Positions 48,999 to 60,300 of a stretch of 64,000 nucleotides of DNA are shown here, one piece after another. The stretch comes from Squalus acanthias (taxonomy: Eukaryota), in the NCBI GenBank assembly GCA_030390025.1, contig JASTWF010000033.1, positions 6,574,001 through 6,638,000 on the forward strand, written 5' to 3'. The notes under the pieces were generated by a model that searched no databases, was not told where the DNA came from, and saw nothing but the letters and a program-made list of their open reading frames with translations. A program made the translations under genes and the position numbers. Within the stretch, counting starts at the first letter, position 1; every line of letters begins with the position of its first letter.

Positions 48999-50992
48999 GT
49001 GAGGAACTATGGCCAGTTATTAATTCTATAAACCATGTTACACTGTAATATTATTCTCGCTATTTACCGTGGGATATTCAGTTATTGATGACATTCTGTG
49101 GTTCAAGTTGTTGCATCTTTGTTAAGGCATGGGTTGTTGTATCAACATACTGGAACATCCTGGCTACTGTTGGTGTCCCTAGTAAGTCTCACTATCCAGC
49201 TATTAATTCTGTAAATCATGATTAACTGCATTACTGTTCTTGTCATTTACTCCCGCAACCCCCCGCCCTGGCTGCTGTTGATGTTCCTGGTAAGTCTCTG
49301 AATCCAGCTATTAATTCTGTAGATCATGTTTAACTGAGTTTCTCTCTTTGTCGTTCCCCATCCCATCCGCGCTGCTGTCAGCTGTTGTATTTGAAGGTGA
49401 TACGGTGTGACCAAGCTTTAAATGTTCTATATTCAACTCAAGCAAATTTATTGGACATGACACTTTATTTAACGAATTTCAGTCTGCTATCTGCACTGAA
49501 CATTTGTATCAGATCAGAAAAATGCTGTCTTGGTTTGCGAGATTTACGCCTAATGGCCAAAGGTCATCCACCTGAAACGTTAACTCTGTTTCTCTACACA
49601 GATGCTGCCCTACCCGCTGAGTATTTCCTGCATTTTCTGTTTTCATTTCAGATTTCCAGTATCCGCAATATTTTGCTGTTTTTTTCACCTAATGCTCGGT
49701 ATGGTTACTTACTGAATCACAGGAACAAATCCTGGCAGATCACAAACACATCTTTCAATGTCTGAGATTTCCGCTAATCATTCAGTTCCAGTCAGTGTCT
49801 CCTTTCCCACAGGCTGCAGTTCTGCATTAGTGGCACTGCTTCTGATGGCTGGAATAGCATTACAAGTATAACTTACATTCTCACAAAATGTTCATTCAGC
49901 TAGATTTCAATACATTTATTTCTAATCATTGTTTTGAATTTACAATTGGATCCCATGGCCGCCTGTCACATTTCAGTGGATCTCTCAGTGAGACCCAAAG
50001 TGATTATCTATTGCTCTTGCTGTACTTCAGGATAAACAATCCCAGCTGATTGTAACTGAAGTACTGAGGATAAGAAAATCATTTCATATTTTATCGCCTA
50101 ATATTCTCTGCACAGGTTGGAAACCAAAAGAAAAATACAAGGATAAATCTCTTCCATTTGTGTTCAGATACTTTACAAATGCATTGTCTGTGCGATACCT
50201 CGTCCGATTTCGATCCTGATAAATGTATTTACTGGGACATTGGCTGGTCAATGATTACTATTTATTTTAATTAATTGTCCTTTCTTGTTGATGTTATTTA
50301 CAATGTTATTTGGAATATCTTCCTTTCAATGATCTACGTTTTGAGTATTTCAACAAAAATGTAGAAAACTCAATCTTCAAAACACTTATAACAGCCCAGT
50401 TTTATTTACAACTGCAGTGCACTTGTATTTATTATCTTCGCATTGTCATATTACATCCGTACATTTTACATACAATTGCCTGAAATTATTGCATGCCAAG
50501 TTGCAGGTTTTGTATTTTGCTGTTGCATTCATTGTCAGTTCAAAACATAATGGATGTTCTAACCAGGAGCTGGAATCCAAGCGGGATTTCACCCTCCCGA
50601 ACACAGGGGCACAGAAGCGAAATGCACCGCTCCAAATGCTGACTGATCCCGGGACACGAAGGCTTCCTGAGAGATTCTGATCCTTTGTGCCCCTGGTACC
50701 TCGGGCGGTGCTTTTGTCTGCTGAGCTAAAGGTTAAACCATCGTTTAATCTCTCATTGATGAAACAATTGTTAATTTTATGTTGTATTTATCGCCATTTC
50801 ATTTATTAATTCCACAATGTATTCCCGATTATTCTTTCAATAAACCCTGTATTCAGCTCCACAGGTAATAGAATTAAATTATATTATTGAATGTTGCTAA
50901 TGAGTTACAGATTTCACTCCGAATTCCATCAAACTGATGCTTTTGCTCCCAGCCTGATATATAATTTCCATGTTTATTTTCCGTCCTCACAG

Positions 50993-51888
50993 TGAACTTA
51001 GTGACGATTGTGATCCTGTCTCGGGGAAAGTGTGGTCTCTCCAAATGTGTCACACGCTACCTGGTGGCCATGGCAACGGCGGATCTACTGGTCGTTATCC
51101 TCGACCTGATATTGAGGCAGATTCCGGTTGTTTATAGGGAACAGTTTTATTTCGTGAAGTCCATCCCCGTGTGTAATATCCACGCCGTCCTGCTTTATGC
51201 AGCCACAGACTGTTCTGTCTGGTTCACCGTAACTTTCACCTTTGATCGATTTGTGGCCATTTGTTGTCAGAAGCTGAAAACTAAATATTGCACCGAGAAA
51301 ACGGCGGCTGTGGTTCTGGGAACAGTGACTGTGCTGAGCGGTTTAAAGAACATTTTCTGGTATTTTATGTTCACACATCGGTATTGGCTTTCGAACAGCG
51401 CCTGGTTTTGTTATGTAACAATCAATGTTCAGTTGTCAGCGGTCTGGGGAGCAATCGAGCTCCTTCATTATATTCTCACCCCGGGGCTCCCATTTGTTGT
51501 GATTTTGCTGCTCAATGCTGTCACCGTCAGACACATTTTAGTGGCCAGCAGAGCCCGCAGGAGACTCCGGGCTCCCAGCAGTGGGGAGAGTCCCAGAGAC
51601 CCTGAGATGGAGAGCCGCAGGAAATCCATCATTTTACTGCTTGTTATATCGGGCAATTTCATCCTGTTATGGGCAGTTTTTATGGTGTATTGTATATGGT
51701 GGCGGATAAGATATTTGGTGTCTGTGTCTGTACCTGATTATGTACTGGAAATGGGATACGGGCTGCAGCAGCTGAGTTGCTGTACAAACACTGGGATTTA
51801 TTCCGTGACCCAGACTAAGTTCAGAGAGCAGTTGAAGAAATTGGGAAAATATCCCTTCACTCTGATTGTAAAATACATTAAACGATGA
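50993..51888 (+). CDS. GPR139/GPR142-like class A GPCR, main coding exon (rest of TM1 to C-terminus)
   Basis: Acceptor CCGTCCTCACAG|TG. Intact ORF with NLVTIVIL, LVAMATADLLV, CSVWFTVTFTFDRFVAIC, PFVVILLLN, SGNFILLW and SCCTNTGIY..KFREQL. Orthology to GPR139 itself is not established. Confidence 0.92.
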
Positions 51889-51919
51889 CAAGAAGCTGAA
51901 ACTTTTCATGGCTGAGAGA

Positions 51920-54337
51920 TCCCTTGGCCTGATATTGTGATGAGCCGCTATCCCCGGGACGGGCCTCCCGCGGGGCCAGTGATCGGGGACATTCACACAC
52001 TCACTCACACACTGTGTACACTGGGCTCCCTGGGCCTGATATTGTGGTGAGCCGCTCTCCCCCGGGCCGCCCGCGGGGCCAGTGATCGGGGACATTCACA
52101 CACTCACTCACACACTGTCTACACTGGGCTCCCTGGGCCTGATATTGTGGTGAGCCGCTCTCCCCCGGGCCGCCCGCGGGGCCGGTGACCTTAAAGAAAA
52201 AATTTGGGACTAACAAACCTAGATTCCCCAGGGTTTCTGTGGACATACAGGCTAGGATAAAGTAAAAAAGGGAGTCGTATGAGAGACAGCTAGGGCTAAA
52301 TGCTTCAGAATCTTTAGAGGAGTACCGCAAGTGCAGGGGTGCAATTTAAAAGGATATTAGGAAAGCAAAGAGAGAGAGCATGAACAATTCTTGGCAAGTA
52401 AAATCCAGGAAAACCGAAAGATGTTTTATAAATATATTAAGTGAAGAGGATAACTAAAGAAAGGGTAGGTACTATTAGTGATCATGTGGGTTATCTGTGT
52501 GTGGAGGCGGGAGACGTCGGTAGGGTTCTTAATGAATACTTTGCGTCTGTTTTCACAAAGGAGAGGGGCAAAGCAGACATTGCTATCAGTGGGGAGGAGT
52601 GTGAAATATTAGACGAAATAAACAGAGTGAGAGAAGAAGTGTTAAGGGGTTTAGCAGCTTTAAAAGTGGATAAATCCGCAGGACCGAATGAAATGTATCC
52701 CAGGCTGTTAAGCGAAGCAAAAGAGGAAATAGCAGAGGACCTGACCATCATTTTCCAATCCTCTCTTGGTTCAGGTGTGGTGCCGGAGCTCTGGAGGACT
52801 GCTAATGTGGTACCCTTGTTTAAAAAGGGAGAAAAGTTTAGACCGAGTAATTACAGGCCAGTCAGCCTAACCTCGGTGGTGGGAAAATTATTGGAAAGAA
52901 TTCTGAAGGACAGGATAAATCTTTATTTAGAAAGACACGGATTAATCAAGATGGCCAGCACGGATTTGTTAAGGCAAGGTCGAGTCTGACAAATGTGATT
53001 GAATTTTTTGAAGTGGCAACGAGGGGAGTAGATGAGGGTAGTGCGTTTGATGTAGTGTATATGGACTTTAGGAAGGCTTTTGATAAGGTTCCACATGGCA
53101 GACTGGTCATGAAGTTAAAAGCCCATGGGATCCAGGGCAAAGTGTCAAGTTGGATTCAAAACTGGCTCGGAGGCAGGAAGCAGAGGGAATTGGTTGATGG
53201 GTGTTTTTGTGACTGGAAGGCTGTTTCCAGTGGGGTTCCGCAGGGCTCAGTATTAGGTCACTTGCTTTTTGTGGTATATATCAATGATCTAGACTTGAAT
53301 ACAGGGGTATGATTAACAAGTACGCAGATGAGACTAAAATCGGCTGTTTGGTTGATACTGAAGAAGGAAGCTGTAGACTGCAGGAAGATATCAATAAATG
53401 GGTTAGGTGGGCAGAACAGTGAAAAATGGAATTCTGTCCGGAGAAGTGTGAGGTATTGCTTTTGGGGAGGGTTAACAGGAAAGGGAATACACATTAAATG
53501 GTAGTACACTGAATAGTGTAGAGGTACAAAGGGACCTTGGAGTGCATGTCCACAGATTCCTGAAGGTAGCAGGCCAACTAGAAAAGGTGGTTTAGAAGGT
53601 ATACGGAAGGCTTGCCTTTATTAGCCGTGGCATAGAATACAAGAGCAGGGGGGTTATGCATCAACTCTATAAAACACTAGTTAGGCCTCAGCTAGAGTAC
53701 AGCGTGCAGTTCTGGTCACCACATTACAGAAAAGATGTGATTGCACTACAAAGGGTTCAGAGGAGATTTACAAGCCTGATTCCAGGAGTAGAGAATCTTA
53801 GCTATGAGGAAAGACTGGATAGGCTGGGTTTGTTTTCCTTGTAACAGAGGAGTCTGAGGGGAGACCTTATTGACGTGTATAAAATAATGAGGGGCCTAGA
53901 TAAAGTGGATAGAAATGACCTATTACCCTCAGCAGAGGGGTCCAAATCCAGGGGGCAAAGATTTAAGGTAATTTGTTGAAGGTTTAGAGCACTGCCTGAA
54001 AGGGTGATAGAGCCAGAAACCCAAACCACATTTAAAAAGTACTTGGGATGCTGTAAGCTGCAGGGCTACGGACCATATCTGGGAAGTGGGATAAGGCTGG
54101 ATAGTTTTTAGTTGGCCGGCGCGGACACGATGGGCCGAAATGACTTCCTTCCGTGCTTTAACTTTCTATGATCTATGATTCTATCATTATATCGGGAACA
54201 TTCACATCCTCACTGATACACTTTCTACACTGGGCTCTTTGGGCCTGATATTGTGGCGAGCTGCTCTCTCCAGGCCGCCCGCAGTGCCGGTGATCGGGAC
54301 AGTCACACGCTCACTTACACACTGCGCTTCCTGGGCT
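51920..54337. repeat. ~105-bp GC-rich minisatellite (51920-52188 and 54190-54337) split by a CR1
   Basis: GGCCTGATATTGTG recurs at ~51926, 52033, 52136 and 54242. Confidence 0.9.
52189..54186 (+). mobile_element. 5'-truncated CR1, same subfamily as 25438-28620
   Basis: ORFs 52441, 52995 and 53656 encode RT pieces. Long near-identical stretches with 26615-28620. Confidence 0.93.
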
Positions 54338-57300
54338 GTATTAGTTTAAGGCGCTGAATTAGTTTGAGGGGTCTATTAGTTTGAGGGGCTTATTAATTTC
54401 AGGGCCTTATTAGTTTCAGGGGCTGTATTAGTTTCAGGGGCTTATTAGTTTCAGGGGCTTATTAGTTTCAGGGGCTTATTAGTTTCATAGATACATAGAT
54501 ACATAGAAGATAGGAGCAGGAGTAGGCCATCCGGCCCTTCGAGCCTGCTCCGCCATTTAATGAGATCATGGCTGATCCTCCAATTCAGTATCCCGTCCCC
54601 GCCTTCTCTCCGTAACCCTTAACGCCTTTTGCCTGTAGAAATATATCTAATTCCCTCTTAAATATATTTAATGAGCTGGCGTACACTGCCCTCTGTGGCA
54701 ATGAGTTCAACAGGTTCACCACCCTCTGAGTGAAGAAATTCCCCCTCATTTCTGTCCTAAATGGTTTAGCCCTTATCCTTAAATTATGTCCTCTAGTTCT
54801 GTTCTCACCCGCCAAGGGAAACATTCCTTCTGCATCTAGTCTGTCTAGACCTGTCAGAATTTTATACACTTCTATGAGGTCCCCTCTCAATCTTCTAAAC
54901 TCCAGTGTGTACATCCCTAAACTACATAGTCTCTCCTCATAGGCCATTCCTGGTATCAGCCTGGTGAATCGCCGCTGCACCCCCTCCATGGCAAGAACAT
55001 CTTTCCTCAGATGAGGCGACCAAAACTGTACACAGTACTCGAGGTGTGGTCTCACCAGTGCCCTGTACAGCTGCAGCAAGGTATCCCTGTTCCTGTATTC
55101 CAACCCTTTTGCTATGAAGGCCAGCATACCGTTTGCCTTCTTGACCGCCTGTTGCACCTGCATGCTCGCCTTCAGTGACTGGTGTACAAGAACACCCAGG
55201 TCTCTCTGTACTTCCCCTTCTCCCAATTTATTGCAATTTAAATAATAATTTGCCCTCCCGTTCCTGCACCCAAGGTGGATAACTTCGCACTTGTCCACAT
55301 TATTGTGCATCTGCCATTTATCCGCCCAATCACCCAGTCTGTCCAAATCGCTCTGGAGCTTCCTGGTCTCCTCCTCTGAGCCCACCCCCGCTCCTAGTTT
55401 AGTGTCGTCTGCAAATTTGGAAATGCTGCATCCGACTCCCTGATCCAGGTCATTAATGTAAATTGTGAACAGCTGGGGACCCAGGACAGATCCCTGTGGT
55501 ACCCCACTTGTTACTGCCTGCCATTCAGAAAATGAGCCGTTTATTCCAACTCTCTGTTTTCTATCTGACAGCCAGTTCTCTATCCACGTCAATACTTTCC
55601 CCTTTATCCCATGAGCTTCAATTTTTCATGCTAATCTTTTATGTGGGACCTTGTCGAAGGCCTTTTGGAAGTCCAGGTACAGCACATCTACTGGCTCTCC
55701 CCCATCTATTTTACCAGTTACTCCCTCAAAAAATTCCAATAGATTAGTCAAGCACGATTTACCCTTTGTAAATCCATGTTGACTCTGTCCTATCCTGTCC
55801 CAATTTGCTAAGTGCTCCGCTATTTCATCCTTAATGATGGACTCCAGCATTTTGCCCACAACTGATGTAAGGCTTACAGGTCTGTAATTACCTGCTTTTT
55901 CCCTACCCCCCTTTTTGAATAGTGGGGTAACGTTAGCTACCCTCCAATCCATGGGCACTGATCCCGAGTCCAGTGAATTCTGAAAAATCATACTTACTGC
56001 ATCCGCTATCTCTAGGGCCACCTCCTTCAGTACCCTAGGATGCATGTTATCAGGCCCTGGGGATTGGTCCGCCTTCAATCCCTTTAGCTTCCTTAACACC
56101 ATATCCTTAGAGATATTGATTTGCGTCAGTTCCTCCTTTGCCAATGTCCCTATTTTTCCCGGGGCTTATTAGTTTTAGGGGCTTATTAGTTTCAGGGGCT
56201 TATTAGTTTCTGGGGCTTATTAGTTTCAGGGGCTTATTAGTTTTAGGGGCTTATTAGTTTCAGGGGCTGTATTCGTTTCTGGGGCTTATTAGTGTCAGGG
56301 GCTTATTAGTTTCAGGGGCTTATTAGTTTCAGGGGCTTATTAGTTTGAGGGGCTGTATTAGTTTGAGGGGCTGTATTAGTTTCAGGGGCTTATTAGTTTC
56401 AGGGGCTGTATTAGTTTCAGGGGCTTATTAGTTTCAGGGGCTGTATTAGTTTCAGGGGCTTATTAGTTTCAGGGGCTTATTAGTTTCAGGGGCTTATTAG
56501 TTTGAGGGGCTGTATTAGTTTCAGGGGCTTATTAGTTTGAGGGGCTGTATTCGTTTCAGGGGCTAATTAGTTTCAGGGGATTATTAGTTTCCGGGGCTTA
56601 TTAGTTTCAGGGGCTTATTAGTTTTAGGGGCTTATTAGTTTCAGGGGCTGTATTCGTTTCAGGGGCTAATTAGTTTCAGGGGATTATTAGTTTCAGGGGC
56701 TTATTAGTTTCAGGGGCTTATTAGTTTTAGGGGCTTATTAGTTTCAGCGGCTGTATTAGTTTGAGGGGTGTATTAATTTCTGGGGCTCTATTAGTTTGAG
56801 GGACTGCATTAATTTGAGGGGCTGTATTAGTTTGAGGGGCTGTATTAATTTGAGCAGCAGTATTAGTTTGAGGGGCTGTATTAGTTTGAGGGGCTGTATT
56901 AGTTTGAGGGGCTGTATTAGTTTGAGGGGCTGTATTAGTTTGAGGGGCTATATTAGTTTGAGGGGCTGTATTAGTTTGAGGGGCTGTATTAGTTTGAGGG
57001 GCTGTATTAGTTTGAGGGGCTATATTAGTTTGAGGGGCTGTATTAGTTTGAGGGGCTGTATTAGTTTGAGGGGCTGTATTAGTTTGAGGGGCTGTATTAG
57101 TTTGAGGGGCTATATTAGTTTGAGGGGCTGTATTAGTTTGAGGGGCTGTATTAGTTTGAGGGGCTATATTAGTTTGTGGGTCTGTATTAGTTTGAGGGGC
57201 TGTATTAGTTTGAGGGGCTGTATTAGTTTGAGGGGCTACATTAGTTTGAGGGGCTGTATTAGTTTGAGTGGCTGTATTAGTTTGAGGGGCTGTATTAGTT

Positions 57301-60300
57301 TGAGGGGCTGTATTAGTTTGAGGGGCTGTATTAGTTTGAGGGGCTGTATTAGTTTGAGGGGCTATATTAGTTTGAGGGGCTGTATTAGTTTGAGGTGCTG
57401 TATTAGTTTGAGGGTCTGTATTAGTTTGAGGTGCTGTATTAGTTTGAGCAGCAGTATTAGTTTGAGGCACTGTATTAGTTTGAGGTGCTGTATTAGTTTG
57501 AGGGGCTGTATTAGTTTGAGGGGCTGAATGAGTTGGCGGGACTGTATTAGATTGAAATTTGTATTAGTTTGAGGAGCTATATTGTTTTGAGTGGCTGTAT
57601 TAGTTTGAGGGACTGTAATAGTTTGAGGGGTTTTAATATTTCGAGGGGCTGTATTATTTTGAGTGGATCTATTAGTTTGAGGGCCTGTATTAGTTTGAGG
57701 GGCTGAATTAGTTTGAGGGTCTTTATTATATTGATGGGCTGTATTGGCTTGAGGGGCTTTATTATTTTGAGGGGCTGTGCTGGTTTGCGTGGCTGTATTG
57801 GTTTGAGGTGCTGTGTTATATTTTGGTGCTCTAGTAGTTGGAGGGGCTGTGTTAGTTTGAGGGTGTTTTAGTTTCAGGGACCGTATTAGTTGTCGGGGCT
57901 GTATTCGATTGAGGGGCTGTATTGGTTTGAGAGGCTGTATTGGTTTTAGGGGCTGTATTAATTTGAGGGTCTGTATTAGTTTGAGGGGCTGTATTAGATT
58001 GATGGGATTTATTAATTTCAGGGGCTGTATTATTTCAATTTGCTGTATGACTTTGAGCTGCTGTGTTAGTTTGAGGGGCTGTATTAGTTTGAGGAGCTGT
58101 ATTAGTTTGAGGAGCTGAATTAGTTAGAGACGCTGTATTAGTTTGAGGGGCTGTGTTTGTTTGAGGGTCTGTATTAGTTTGAAGAGCTGTATTCGTTTGA
58201 GCAGGTCTATTAATTTGGGGATCCGCGTTAGTTTGATCGGCTGTATTAGTTTGAGGGGTTGTATTAGTTTGAGGGGCTGTATTAGTTTGAGGGGCTGTAT
58301 TAGATTGATGTGCTGTATTAGATTCAGGGGCTGTATTAGCTGGATGGGCTGTAGTAGTTTGAGGTACTGTATTAGATTGAGGACTGGATTCGTTTGAGGG
58401 GCTGTTTTAGTTTGAGGGGCTGTATTAGTTTGAGGAGCTGTATTAGATTTAGGGGCTGTATTAGATTGAGGGGCTGTATTAGTTTGAGGGTATGTATTAG
58501 TTTGTGAAACTGTATTAGATTGAGGGGCTTTATAAGTTTGCGGGGCTGTATTAGTTTGAGGGACAGTATCAGTTTGAGGGGCTGTATTATTTTGAGGGGC
58601 TGTATTAGTTTGTGGTACTGTATTAGATTGAGGGGCTGTATTAGTTTGGAAAGCTGTTTTAGTTTAACGGTGTGTTACTTTGAGTGGCTGTAACAAGTTG
58701 TGGGGCTGTATTAGTTTGAGGGGCTGTATCAGTTTGAGGGTTTGTGTTATTGTGAGAAGCTGTTTTAGTTTGACGGTTTTATAGTTTGAGGTTCTGTACC
58801 AGTTTGAGAGGTTGAATTAGTTTCAGGGGCTGTATTATTTTAAGGGGCCTTATCAGTTTGAGGGTTTATATTAGTTTGAGGGGCTGCATTAGTGTGAGGG
58901 GCTTTTTAATTTGAGGGGCTGTATTAGTTTGAGGTACTGTATTAGTTAGATGGGCTGTATTAGTTTGGGGGGCTTTATTAGTTTGAGGGACTCTATTAGA
59001 TTGAGGGTCTGTTTAATTTGAGGGGATTTATTAGTTTGAGGTGTTGTATTAGTTTGAGGGTCTGTATTAGTTTGAGGGACTGTATTCGTTTGCGGGGCTG
59101 TATTAATTTGAGGAGTTGTATTAGTTTCAGTGGCTGTGTTAGATTGATGTGCTGTATTACTTTGAGGGGCTGTGTTTGTATGAGATGCTGTATTAGTTTG
59201 ACGTTGTGTTAGTTTGAGGGGCTGTATTAGTTTGACGTTGTGTTAGTTTGAGGAGCTGTATTAGTTTGAGGGGCTGTATTAGTTTGAGGGGTTGTATTAG
59301 TTTGAGGGTATGTATTAGTTTGAGGGACTGTATTCGTTTGAGGAGCTGTATTAGTTTGGGGGGCTTTATTAGTTTGAGGGACTCTATTAGATTGAGGGTC
59401 TGTTTAATTTGAGGGTATTTATTTGATTGTGAGGCTGTATTAGTTTGAGGGGGTGCATTAGTTTGAAGTGCTGTATTACGTTGAAAGTTGTATTAGTTTG
59501 AGGGCATATATTATTTTAAGGGGCTGTATTAGATTCAGGGGCTGAATTAGAATGAGGGGCTGCATTAGTTTGAGGTACTGTATTAATTTGAGTGGCTTTA
59601 TTGGTTTGATCAGCTGTATTCGTTTGTGGTACTGTACTGGATTAAGGGGCTGTATTAGATTGAGGGGCTGTATTAGATTGAGGGGCTGTATTAGATTGAG
59701 GGGCTTTATTATTTTGAGGGGCTGTATTGGTTTGATGGGCTTTATAATTTTGAGGGGCTGTGCTGGTTTGCGGGGCTGTATTGGTTTGAGGTGCTGTGTT
59801 ATATGTTGGTGCTCCAGTAGTTGGAGGGGCTGTGTTAGTTTGAGGGTGTTTTAGTTTCAGGGGCCGTATTTGTTGTCGGGACTGTATTAGATTGAGGGGC
59901 TGTATTAGATTGAGGGGCTGTATTAGTTTCGGGGCTGTATTAGATTGAGGGACTGTTTTAGTTTGAGGGGATGTATTATTTTCGGGGCTGTATTAGATTG
60001 AGGGACTGTATTAGTTTGAGGGGATGTATTAGTTTAAGCGGCTGTATTAGTTTGAGGGGCTGTTTTAGTTTGAGGGACTGTTTTAGTTTGAGGGGATGTA
60101 TTAGTTTAAGGGGCTGTATTAGTTTGAGGGGCTGTTTTAGTTTGAGGAGCTGTATTAGTTTGAGGGGCTGTGTTTGTTTGAGACGCTGTATTAGTTTGAG
60201 GGGCTGTGTCTGTTTGAGGGGCTGTATTAGTTTGAGGAGCTGTATTTATTAGAGGAGCTGTATTCGTTTGAGCAGGGATATCAGTTTGAGGATCCGCGTT

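Noticed and set aside
50992..50994. GTG start making the GPCR a single-exon gene
   Set aside because: The G belongs to the CAG splice acceptor, and TM1 is incomplete without an upstream exon.
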